DNA of 60,181 nucleotides, from the IMG/VR virus record IMGVR_UViG_3300025889_000126, positions 1-60,181 of that record. One strand, given 5' to 3'. Shown here one piece after another: positions 14,920-23,661 of this stretch. The notes under the pieces were generated by a model, which saw nothing but the letters and a program-made list of their open reading frames with translations, was not told where the DNA came from and ran no database searches. Made by a program: the position numbers and the translations under genes. Source of the stretch: a virus. Its lineage: Duplodnaviria > Caudoviricetes. Each line of letters begins with the position of its first letter. Positions within the stretch are counted from its first letter, which is position 1.

Positions 14920-15646
14920 GATACTAGAGCTACTGCAAAACGATAAGGAGTACTATAGTGGGGTTGGACGGAACTATCTGTCCAACTCCGACATAGGAGC
15001 TTTGTTGGGAAACCCACAAGAGTTTGGTAAACCTAGACCTGACAACAAGTCATTTGCTGAGGGTAGGTATTTCCATCAACTGATATTAGAGCCTGAGAAG
15101 GCAGCAGAGACATTGTTTGTTGACGTGTCGACACGTACTACCAAGGAGTATAAGAACTTCTGCGAGACAGCCAATGTGGAGTATGCTATATTATGGAAGG
15201 AAATGAAAGAGATACAGAACCTAGTGGCTACAATGAAAAAGAATATCACGTTTTACGACATGATTTATGCCGAGGGTAATCAGTTTGAGGTGGCTGCATT
15301 TGCTGAGATCCAGGGTGAGATGTGGAAAGGGAAGGCTGATATCGTAGGCAATGATAGTTTGATAGACCTAAAGACCACGAGCGACATCAACAAGTTCAAA
15401 TGGTCTGCAAAGTCTTACAACTATGACAGCCAGTGTTATATCTACCAAGAGCTTTTTGGTAAGCCATTGGTATTCCTCGTGATCGACAAGGTCACATCAC
15501 AGCTAGGCATCTTCAGACCATCCTATGACTTTGTCAAGGGTGGTGAGGCTAAGGTAGCTAAGGCTATCGAGGTGTACCGCAAATATTTCGGGGAGAACCC
15601 ACAAGACGATATTGTTAATTATTTTATAAATGAGACACTACTATGA
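14912..15646 (+). CDS. RecE/DUF3799-like PD-(D/E)XK exonuclease
   Basis: LSNSDI, GRYFHQLILEP, KGKADI...IDLKTT, YNYDSQCYIY. Confidence 0.85.
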   Translation: MDKILELLQNDKEYYSGVGRNYLSNSDIGALLGNPQEFGKPRPDNKSFAEGRYFHQLILEPEKAAETLFVDVSTRTTKEYKNFCETANVEYAILWKEMKEIQNLVATMKKNITFYDMIYAEGNQFEVAAFAEIQGEMWKGKADIVGNDSLIDLKTTSDINKFKWSAKSYNYDSQCYIYQELFGKPLVFLVIDKVTSQLGIFRPSYDFVKGGEAKVAKAIEVYRKYFGENPQDDIVNYFINETLL

Positions 15647-16116
15647 GAAATTTAATTTTTTTATTATTTTTGAGCCTCGGCTCATATGCTCAGGACTGCA
15701 ATTATGCCATCAACAAAAATGGCATATTGCAAACAAAGAGCGAGGCACTTGCATTCAATAAAGACCTATCAGGAATCATGGCGGTAGCCAATCGTGAGGG
15801 TGAGTTAAGATACCTTGAGCTGTCTATGTTTCTACCGAAAAAGTTCTCATTTGAAGAGGGAAATGAAATACAGATAGAGTTAAAAGATGGTCGCATTGCA
15901 GATGGTGTTTTCTTGGAAGGTGGCAATGCAATTTACTCTGATGCTGTAGGATATTTCTTTATAAAAATTAGAGTGGAATTCTCCTATGACTGTTTAAATA
16001 TGTTGGCTATGGTTCCAGTTAGCAAAGTAAAAATTCAAGCCAAGAAAAAGAACTTTGAGATGATGCCGGTCGGAGACTCAAGTAAGTTTATGGAGATAGT
16101 AAGATGTATTCTTTAA
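15643..16116 (+). CDS. secreted protein with signal peptide
   Basis: MRNLIFLLFLSLGSYA|QD, an SPI-type signal with Gln at +1. Confidence 0.7.
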   Translation: MRNLIFLLFLSLGSYAQDCNYAINKNGILQTKSEALAFNKDLSGIMAVANREGELRYLELSMFLPKKFSFEEGNEIQIELKDGRIADGVFLEGGNAIYSDAVGYFFIKIRVEFSYDCLNMLAMVPVSKVKIQAKKKNFEMMPVGDSSKFMEIVRCIL

Positions 16117-16134
16117 AAATTAAAATTTAATACA

Positions 16135-16443
16135 ATGGAAGAGAAAATTTTTGCAAATGGATTTAGCTTTAAGCGGAATGAGAACGCTCCTGACTTTGTT
16201 GTTGGTCGCTTATCATTGAAGATTGATGAGGCTATTGAGTTCATCAAACAGAACCAAAAAAATGGTTGGATTAACCTAGACGTAAAAAAAGCCCGTACAG
16301 GCAACTTTTATATCGAGTTGGATACATACTCCCCAAAGCAGGGAGAAAGTCCAACAGAAGCCAAAAGAATGACAAATAAGACCACATCTCCTAAATCCTC
16401 AAACTTAGAGATGACTGGTGACGATGACGATGTTCCATTTTAG
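16135..16443 (+). CDS. probable single-stranded DNA-binding protein
   Basis: Acidic C-terminal tail DDDDVPF; located beside SSAP/exonuclease. Confidence 0.65.
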   Translation: MEEKIFANGFSFKRNENAPDFVVGRLSLKIDEAIEFIKQNQKNGWINLDVKKARTGNFYIELDTYSPKQGESPTEAKRMTNKTTSPKSSNLEMTGDDDDVPF

Positions 16444-16466
16444 TTTTTGTGTTAATAGTGTTTCTC

Positions 16467-16493
16467 AGGGGAGTTAATAGCTCCCCTTTTTTT
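16467..16493 (+). terminator. intrinsic terminator
   Basis: AGGGGAG...CTCCCCT hairpin followed by a T-run. Confidence 0.8.
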
Positions 16494-16583
16494 ACCAACC
16501 GAAATAACGATTTTTAAATCTCTATATTCTCTCTATATAATTTTATTACTTTTTATTTTTTATTATATATACATATAGTAAAA

Positions 16584-16694
16584 TCGACATTTTCGACATT
16601 TAATAAATAATATAATAATAATCAATAAGTTATAAAATTAATATTGACATTTTATTGACATTAAACATACATAAAACTATAAAATTATGTCGAT
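16584..16694. repeat. iteron-like GACATT element, copy B (candidate origin/operator)
   Basis: Same three blocks as 6635-6703; an inverted ATCGACAT copy overlaps the primase start codon. Confidence 0.8.
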
Positions 16695-19089
16695 TATAAC
16701 TATTTTTCAAAATATAAAGGACACCGATACTCCATTCCACAGAGACGTAAAAGTAATTCTTGATAGGATAAGAGAGGGTGCGTCCAAAGAAATCGTCAAG
16801 CAAATAAGAGGCGAAAAGAACAAATCTGAGCGCAACGAGATCAAAAAATTACTGCCAGCCATATGCTTCTCCGGTACATTTAAGAAGCGAGCTGACAATG
16901 CACTACTTGAGCATAGTGGTCTCATATGCCTAGACTTTGATGGCTATGAGAAACAGAAGGAGCTACTGCATGACAAGGAGACCTTGAGTAAAAACAAATA
17001 CGTCTTCTCAGTATTTATATCACCATCAGGTAATGGTCTTAAAGTATTGGTAAAGATTCCTTCTGACCCTGACAATCATGCTCACTATTTCAACTCCTTA
17101 GAGAAGTATTTCAACTCAAAGTATTTTGATAAGACATCTAAGAACATCAGCCGAGTATGCTACGAGTCATACGACCCACTTATCTATGTCAATGACAAGT
17201 CATCAGTATGGGACATCATCGAGGAGCCAGAGTACAGCGAGGTGGTTAAGTATAAGGACAAGCCAACCATACCTATCACAGATGAGAACAAGATTGTTGA
17301 CATTCTAGTCAAATGGTGGACGAAAAAGTACCCAATGCTTGAGGGTCAGCGCAATCACAACACCTACATATTAGCGATGGCATTGAACGACTTTGGTGTT
17401 AATAAGAGCCTAGCCTCATACGTACTTAACCAATACGCTACCGCTGACTTCAGCATAAGGGAGATAGCCCAGGTGATTGACTCAGCATATAAGAACGTAG
17501 CCAACTTTGGCAGTAAGTACTACGAGGATGAGGAGCAGGTGAACACCATTAGAGCCAAGGTCAGGAGGGGTGTACCAAAAAAGGAGATACGCTATCAAAT
17601 GCTTCAAGACTCCAACATTGATGGCGATGTAATTGACGCTGTCCTTGACAAGATTGAGGAGGAGAACTCAAAGATATCTTTTTGGACTAAGAACGATAAG
17701 GGGTCAATAAAGATAGACCATCTATTATTTAAAAACTTCTTAGAGGATAGTGGCTTCTATAAATACTTTCCGGAGGGTAGTAAGAACTACATATTTATAA
17801 AGGTTACTAATAATCTGATTGACCACACCTCTGAGAAGGAGATAAAGGATTTTGTTCTGACATACCTACTAGATATGGATGACGTGTCAGTGTACAACTA
17901 TTTTGCTGACCAAACAAGATTCTTTAAGGAGGAGTTCCTATCCCTGCTCTCAACGATTGAGATATATTTCATTGAGGATACCAAGAGCAGCTCATATATC
18001 TATTACAAGAACTGCGCTGTAAAGATTACCAAGGATGAGATACGAACAATTGACTACTTGGATCTAGGTGGCTATGTATGGAAAGACCATGTCATTGACC
18101 GTAACTTTGTTATCTGTGGTGTAACTGAGCAGTGTGACTTTAGAACATTCATCCATAACATCAACTCCAAGGATAGATCACGCATCGCATCGATGGAGAG
18201 TACCATTGGATTTTTGATGCATGGCTATAAGAACTTATCGTTCTGCCCAGCTGTCATCTTTAATGACGAGGTGATAAGCGACAACCCTGAGGGTGGTACT
18301 GGTAAGGGTATTATCATCAACGCACTTGGTAAGATGAAAAAGGTAGTGACCATAGATGGGAAGCTGTTCGATTTTCAAAAGTCATTCGCCTATCAGTTGG
18401 TGTCTGCCGATACACAGATACTTGTATTTGATGACGTTAAGAAACACTTTGAGTTTGAGCGACTCTTCTCGATCATTACCGAGGGATTGACCCTAGAGAA
18501 GAAGAATAAGGACGCTATCAAGATACCACTTAGCAAGTCGCCAAAGATAGCCATCACTACCAACTATGCCATCAAGGGTGCAGGCAACTCATTCGAGAGA
18601 CGTAAGTGGGAGCTAGAGCTACACCAATACTACAGCAAGTCATTCACTCCACTCGATGAGTTTGGCAAGCTTATGTTCGGGGATTGGGACGATGTGGACT
18701 GGTGCGAGTTTGACAACTACATGATACGCTGTTTGCAGAACTACTTAGATACTGGTCTAGTTAAGACTACCCATGTCAATCTAAATGTACGCAAGCTCTC
18801 TGCTGAGACCTGCCATGAGTTTATTGAGTGGTGCGGACTGTTAAAAGACTCCGAGAACAATAACAATGTGGTTACTGGTAAGAGGTTATACAAAAACGAG
18901 CTGTACTATAGGTTCGTTGAGGAGTACCCCGACTATGGACCTAAGAGTAAGATGACAATAAGCAGGACAAAGTTCTACAAATGGCTTGTCGCTTATGCAC
19001 TCTTCAAGGAGGGTGTGGTGCCTGAGGAGGGACGTGACCAACTAGGCAGATGGATTATTTTAAAAACTAAAGACACAATTGATATCTAA
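16687..19089 (+). CDS. primase-helicase (BT4734/VirE-N primase-like domain + PriCT + P-loop helicase)
   Basis: KKLLPAICFSG, SGLICLDFD, FISPSGNGLK, EGQRN, Walker A GGTGKG, FDD, ITTNY, ERR. Confidence 0.85.
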   Translation: MSIITIFQNIKDTDTPFHRDVKVILDRIREGASKEIVKQIRGEKNKSERNEIKKLLPAICFSGTFKKRADNALLEHSGLICLDFDGYEKQKELLHDKETLSKNKYVFSVFISPSGNGLKVLVKIPSDPDNHAHYFNSLEKYFNSKYFDKTSKNISRVCYESYDPLIYVNDKSSVWDIIEEPEYSEVVKYKDKPTIPITDENKIVDILVKWWTKKYPMLEGQRNHNTYILAMALNDFGVNKSLASYVLNQYATADFSIREIAQVIDSAYKNVANFGSKYYEDEEQVNTIRAKVRRGVPKKEIRYQMLQDSNIDGDVIDAVLDKIEEENSKISFWTKNDKGSIKIDHLLFKNFLEDSGFYKYFPEGSKNYIFIKVTNNLIDHTSEKEIKDFVLTYLLDMDDVSVYNYFADQTRFFKEEFLSLLSTIEIYFIEDTKSSSYIYYKNCAVKITKDEIRTIDYLDLGGYVWKDHVIDRNFVICGVTEQCDFRTFIHNINSKDRSRIASMESTIGFLMHGYKNLSFCPAVIFNDEVISDNPEGGTGKGIIINALGKMKKVVTIDGKLFDFQKSFAYQLVSADTQILVFDDVKKHFEFERLFSIITEGLTLEKKNKDAIKIPLSKSPKIAITTNYAIKGAGNSFERRKWELELHQYYSKSFTPLDEFGKLMFGDWDDVDWCEFDNYMIRCLQNYLDTGLVKTTHVNLNVRKLSAETCHEFIEWCGLLKDSENNNNVVTGKRLYKNELYYRFVEEYPDYGPKSKMTISRTKFYKWLVAYALFKEGVVPEEGRDQLGRWIILKTKDTIDI

Positions 19090-19147
19090 TATGGCAAAAG
19101 TACTAATTAACAAGATATATTGATAACGAATTTAAAAACGATGAGAT

Positions 19148-20107
19148 ATGACAACAGTAGGCTCAGACTTCAGCGGTGTTGGTGCATTTAACCAAGCCTT
19201 AAAACGATTAGGTATTGAATATGATGAAATATTTGCTTGCGATATGGATAAATACGCCCGGCAAACTTTTATTCACAACTATGGCGAACCTAAATATTAC
19301 CCGACCAATGTTTACGAACGTGAAATACCAACAGAATCATTAGATATTTATATGACATCACCGCCTTGCCAAGCTTTCAGTTTAGCCGGGAAGCGATTAG
19401 GCAAAAATGACAAAAGAGGGATTTTATTTTTTAATAGTTTGGAATTTATAGAAAAAAATAAACCTCGTTTTTTTATTTTTGAAAATGTCAAAGGGCTGTT
19501 ATCTGATGATGGCGGTAAAACATTTAGCGAATGGGTTAATTTTTTAGGCGGCAAATCTGTCAACGGTTCACCTGTTTTGTTCCCTTATGCCGATTCAGTT
19601 TCTTATCATTTATATTGGAAAGTGTTAAACGCAAAGCATCACGGAGTTCCACAAAATCGTGAACGTGTTTTTTTGATTGGAATAAGAGATGACAAAGATA
19701 ATAATTTTAGTTTCCCAACTGAAGAACATTTGACAAAGCGGTTAAAAGATGTACTTGAAAGCGAGGTAGATGAAAAGTATTACATTGACAATTTATCTAA
19801 TATTAGAAGGCTTTCTGAGACATTAGAAAAATATGAATTACCTAATGATATTAGAATGATAGATAGTTATAATAAAAGCATTCATGAGGATTCTATATGT
19901 ATAAGTACGAGAGTAAATGCAAGTTCTTGTACTCATTTGTGGGATACTAAATTAATCCGCCGCCTTACTCCCCGTGAATGTTTTCGACTTATGGATTTTC
20001 CTGATACATTTACTTGGCTTGTTTCAGATTCACAAGCCTACAAACAAGCTGGTAATTCAATAGTAGTTAATGTACTTTATAAAATATTAAAAAACTTAAA
20101 TTTATGA
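19148..20107 (+). CDS. C5 cytosine DNA methyltransferase
   Basis: FSGVG (motif I), PPCQAFS (IV), ENVKG (VI), PQNRERVF (VIII), YKQAGNS (X). Confidence 0.95.
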   Translation: MTTVGSDFSGVGAFNQALKRLGIEYDEIFACDMDKYARQTFIHNYGEPKYYPTNVYEREIPTESLDIYMTSPPCQAFSLAGKRLGKNDKRGILFFNSLEFIEKNKPRFFIFENVKGLLSDDGGKTFSEWVNFLGGKSVNGSPVLFPYADSVSYHLYWKVLNAKHHGVPQNRERVFLIGIRDDKDNNFSFPTEEHLTKRLKDVLESEVDEKYYIDNLSNIRRLSETLEKYELPNDIRMIDSYNKSIHEDSICISTRVNASSCTHLWDTKLIRRLTPRECFRLMDFPDTFTWLVSDSQAYKQAGNSIVVNVLYKILKNLNL

Positions 20108-20307
20108 CAACAGATGCTGAAAAACTTCTCGAAGACTTAAAACAGGAAGCGATTAAAATGGATGCTTGGTTTAAAGATGATACTAAGCGCGATCAAAGTC
20201 AAAGACAAAGCAAGAAAGACAGACACTTCGTAGTAAAACATTTCCAGGAATGGCTAGAGCATTTGCTGAACAATGGGGTAATATTTTATAAAACTAAACA
20301 CAACTAA
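20104..20307 (+). CDS. hypothetical protein
   Basis: Coupled ORF. Confidence 0.6.
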   Translation: MTTDAEKLLEDLKQEAIKMDAWFKDDTKRDQSQRQSKKDRHFVVKHFQEWLEHLLNNGVIFYKTKHN

Positions 20308-20308
20308 T

Positions 20309-21763
20309 ATGGACATACTTGAAAAGCCTAGCTACGTCTCCAACAAGGAGATGCTTGAAAGATGCCTGCTACTTAAAAAGGTTCTCGATGCCAAGATTGA
20401 GAAGAAGATAAGTAGAGGCAGAACAATACAGACCATACAAGCAAATAAGTACGACATCAATACCCTGCACTACAAACGCATAGCAAATAGCTGCGAGTAC
20501 TACAAACAGAAAGTTGACATGGAGACATCATCAGGCGTAACATTCAGAGACTACCAGCTTGATATCATCGAGCGAGGCACATCAATACTACAAGCTAGTG
20601 GGTTCTTGTACCTAACTATGGAAGTACGTACCGGTAAGACCCTAACATCTCTTGGCATAGCCAGGAACATTGACGCTAAGAATGTCCTATTCATTACCAA
20701 GAAGAAAGCCATCAGCTCAATACAGAACGACTACAATATGCTGTCCTGCTCCTTCGATATTCAGATAATAAACTATGAGAGCCTGCACCTCGTAGCTGAC
20801 AATGAGCATTGGGATTTAATCATCTGCGATGAGGCTCATAGCATGGGCGCATTCCCGAAGCCATCCAACAGAGCTGTCGCTGTCAAAGACCTACTCAAGA
20901 AGTATAAGTCCAAAGTCATCCTGCTATCAGGCACACCGACCCCTGAGTCCTACTGCCAAATGTACCATCAGGTGTATGGCATCAAGGGTAATCCATTCTC
21001 TGAGTACAAAAACTTCTACCGATTCTGCGATGACTATGTCAATGTCAAAGAACGCAAGATAAATGGTCTATTCATTAAGGACTACTCAGATGGCAAGACC
21101 TCAATACTAGATGCAATGCGACCATACACCATCAACTATACTCAGGCGGAGGCAGGGTTCCTTAGTAAGGTAAATGAGACCATTTTAGAGGTAGAGTTAC
21201 AGCCAAAGACCTACGAGATAATGCTAAAGCTCAAAAGAGATTTGGTTGTGCAAGGTAAAGGCGAGACAATACTTGCAGATACGCCAGTAAAATTATTGTC
21301 AAAAATACACCAACTTTGCTCAGGAACCATTAAATTTGAGAGTGGAAATTCAATGGTACTTGATACAAGCAAGGCAGAGTTTATTAAAGAGCATTTCAAG
21401 GGCAAGAAGATTGGCATCTTCTACAAGTTCAAAGAGGAACTTAAAGCCCTGAAGAAAGTCTTTGATGATAGTTTGACTACAGAGTTGGACGTGTTCAACG
21501 CAACCGACAAACACATTGCGCTGCAAATTGTTTCTGGGCGTGAGGGGATTTCCCTAAAAGCTGCCGACTGCTTAGTTTTCTATAACATTGACTTCAGTGC
21601 AACGAGCTATTGGCAGTCTAAGGATCGGATGACTACCAAAGACCGACTTGTCAATGACGTGTACTGGATATTCGCAGTTGGGGGTATAGAGCATGACGTA
21701 TACAAAACAGTAACAGCAAAATTAGATTACACCGTTAACCACTTCAAAAAATTATTATTATGA
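20309..21763 (+). CDS. SF2 (SNF2-like) helicase
   Basis: FRDYQ, EVRTGKT, DEAH, SGTP, REGISL, QSKDR motifs. Confidence 0.9.
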   Translation: MDILEKPSYVSNKEMLERCLLLKKVLDAKIEKKISRGRTIQTIQANKYDINTLHYKRIANSCEYYKQKVDMETSSGVTFRDYQLDIIERGTSILQASGFLYLTMEVRTGKTLTSLGIARNIDAKNVLFITKKKAISSIQNDYNMLSCSFDIQIINYESLHLVADNEHWDLIICDEAHSMGAFPKPSNRAVAVKDLLKKYKSKVILLSGTPTPESYCQMYHQVYGIKGNPFSEYKNFYRFCDDYVNVKERKINGLFIKDYSDGKTSILDAMRPYTINYTQAEAGFLSKVNETILEVELQPKTYEIMLKLKRDLVVQGKGETILADTPVKLLSKIHQLCSGTIKFESGNSMVLDTSKAEFIKEHFKGKKIGIFYKFKEELKALKKVFDDSLTTELDVFNATDKHIALQIVSGREGISLKAADCLVFYNIDFSATSYWQSKDRMTTKDRLVNDVYWIFAVGGIEHDVYKTVTAKLDYTVNHFKKLLL

Positions 21764-22038
21764 GAAATAAATTAGCAGGTAAGCATCCCTCATATGACAA
21801 GCTTGGTATGTCAGAGGAACGTAAGAAAAAGAAGCTCGCTTATGACAAGGCATATCAGAAGTCAGAGGAGCGCAAAGACTATAGAGTTGAGCTTAACCGA
21901 AAGAATCGGGAAGCAGGAACCTATGGTAATGGTGATGGCAAAGACATGAGCCATACAAAGTCAGGTAAGCTTGTCTCTGAGTCGAAGTCAACGAACAGAG
22001 CAAGAAATGGTCACAATAAAAAATCAACAAAAAAATGA
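21760..22038 (+). CDS. basic protein, possibly a degenerate HNH-like domain
   Basis: GDGKDMSH...NRARN. Confidence 0.55.
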   Translation: MRNKLAGKHPSYDKLGMSEERKKKKLAYDKAYQKSEERKDYRVELNRKNREAGTYGNGDGKDMSHTKSGKLVSESKSTNRARNGHNKKSTKK

Positions 22039-22349
22039 TACCATGCATATGTATTGACGACAAGGCTCGTCCGGCAGATTTTCCTCTTAGCAAGTGGTTA
22101 GAAGAGGGGAAGGAATATAATATTGTAGCAGCAGCTGTGATCCTACCACAAGGTATACTCGGATTCCAAGTTAATGAGATACAGATGGATGCCGATTGCT
22201 ACCCATACAAATATTTCTCTTCACATAGATTTATTTTTGATAATAAATATAAAAAGGCTATTTTTGAGATGGTAATGGGCGATCGTGATTACTCTGAGGT
22301 AGACCCAGCGATTATGACCGATGTAAGCCTTGTTAGCTTCGTATCATGA
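22035..22349 (+). CDS. hypothetical protein
   Basis: CICIDD...LEEGKEY...RF pattern. Confidence 0.7.
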   Translation: MIPCICIDDKARPADFPLSKWLEEGKEYNIVAAAVILPQGILGFQVNEIQMDADCYPYKYFSSHRFIFDNKYKKAIFEMVMGDRDYSEVDPAIMTDVSLVSFVS

Positions 22350-22585
22350 AAGAGCAACAGATACAATCAAAGAAAATTAAAGAGCTAGAGACTCAGGGCT
22401 ACTACGTCATAAAGCTTATCAATACCAATAAGAATGGCATCCCTGACCTTATAGCCATACCTCCTAACTCAGATGTCTTATTCATTGAGGTCAAGCGACC
22501 TGATGGAAAGGTAACAAAGCTCCAGGAGTTCAGACACAAAGAGCTAGAGGAGAAAGGTATTAAAGTGGAAATATTTAGAGGATAA
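22346..22585 (+). CDS. VRR-NUC domain nuclease
   Basis: KEQQIQ...GIPDL...FIEVK..GK.T.LQ. Confidence 0.88.
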   Translation: MKEQQIQSKKIKELETQGYYVIKLINTNKNGIPDLIAIPPNSDVLFIEVKRPDGKVTKLQEFRHKELEEKGIKVEIFRG

Positions 22586-22607
22586 ATTTAATTAAATCAA
22601 ATCAATT

Positions 22608-22946
22608 ATGAATCAAGACAACAAAAGGTTAGCTGACCTATGGCTACTCATCAGCGCACTCAACACAGTACGCTACGCAATTGCTGAAATCAATCCTGAC
22701 ACCATGCAGTCGCATACCAAGATGCAATTCAAAAATCTCAGGAGCAATATTGAGAACTTCCTAGTATCAGCGCAGACTAAGATGCAGACCAAGGAGCGAC
22801 AAACGCTAGCATCTATGAACTTCGAAAATGTAGCCATCATGGCTGAAACGCTGTCACTACTAGCGCACGTTCCAATCAACAAACAAGAGGAATTTCTAAG
22901 CAAAGTAAATAACTTAGTCTTTGAAGTTATAAAAGATGGAGAATGA
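22608..22946 (+). CDS. hypothetical protein
   Basis: In operon. Confidence 0.7.
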   Translation: MNQDNKRLADLWLLISALNTVRYAIAEINPDTMQSHTKMQFKNLRSNIENFLVSAQTKMQTKERQTLASMNFENVAIMAETLSLLAHVPINKQEEFLSKVNNLVFEVIKDGE

Positions 22947-23310
22947 AGAACTAAGGCGTGAGAGAAGAGCCATTGACTGCTTCGTTAATATGTTCAGTGG
23001 CTCTTATCAAAAGCTCGATCCAAATGATATAGACTACAAGGTCTTCGACTCTGAGAATAAGCTTATTGCTTATGCAGAGGTAAGCTCTAGGATAAAGACC
23101 ATTAGAGATGCATACCCTCTGTCAGTATCAGCAAAAAAGTTACTAAAGCTCTCAGATAAGCGACTCAATCCGGTACTGATATGGTCCTGCGAGGATGGTA
23201 TCATTTATTCAAAGGTCAAGGGATTGTCAGGAGAGATAGTATGGGAGGATGAGGACTTTGTGGTTTATTTTGATAAGCAAAAGACAATGAAATATATTCG
23301 ATTCACCTAA
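22936..23310 (+). CDS. PD-(D/E)XK-like protein, possibly catalytically altered
   Basis: IDY...AYAEVSSR (expected EVK), DGI motif. Confidence 0.5.
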   Translation: MENEELRRERRAIDCFVNMFSGSYQKLDPNDIDYKVFDSENKLIAYAEVSSRIKTIRDAYPLSVSAKKLLKLSDKRLNPVLIWSCEDGIIYSKVKGLSGEIVWEDEDFVVYFDKQKTMKYIRFT

Positions 23311-23322
23311 ACCAATTTAATT

Positions 23323-23613
23323 ATGAAACGTAAAAAATTAACAGACGATGAGATACTAACTGAGATATACAGAAGGGTATACGCAGTTAGTGAGCCACCT
23401 GCCGACTTTGATCACCTGATGGCTACAGCAGAGATAAATGACCTCGGACAGAAGGTCATCAAGTTTTTGGAATATGAATGCGATGACGAGGTAATGAAGA
23501 AGATCTGCGAGGATACATTGGATGAGTTTAAAGTAAAGGGCTACAAGCGAAAGCAATTCTTCTATTCCTTTTGGCTCGGTTGTTCACCTAAATCAAAAAA
23601 ACAAACTCAATGA
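23323..23613 (+). CDS. hypothetical protein
   Basis: Last plus-strand gene; LGCSP motif. Confidence 0.7.
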   Translation: MKRKKLTDDEILTEIYRRVYAVSEPPADFDHLMATAEINDLGQKVIKFLEYECDDEVMKKICEDTLDEFKVKGYKRKQFFYSFWLGCSPKSKKQTQ

Positions 23614-23633
23614 ACAACTTAAAGACTAAATAC

Positions 23634-23661
23634 AAAGCCCCTCGTATAAGGGGCTTTTTTA
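23634..23661. terminator. probable bidirectional terminator between the convergent arms
   Basis: AAAGCCCCT-CGTATA-AGGGGCTTTTTT. Confidence 0.8.
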
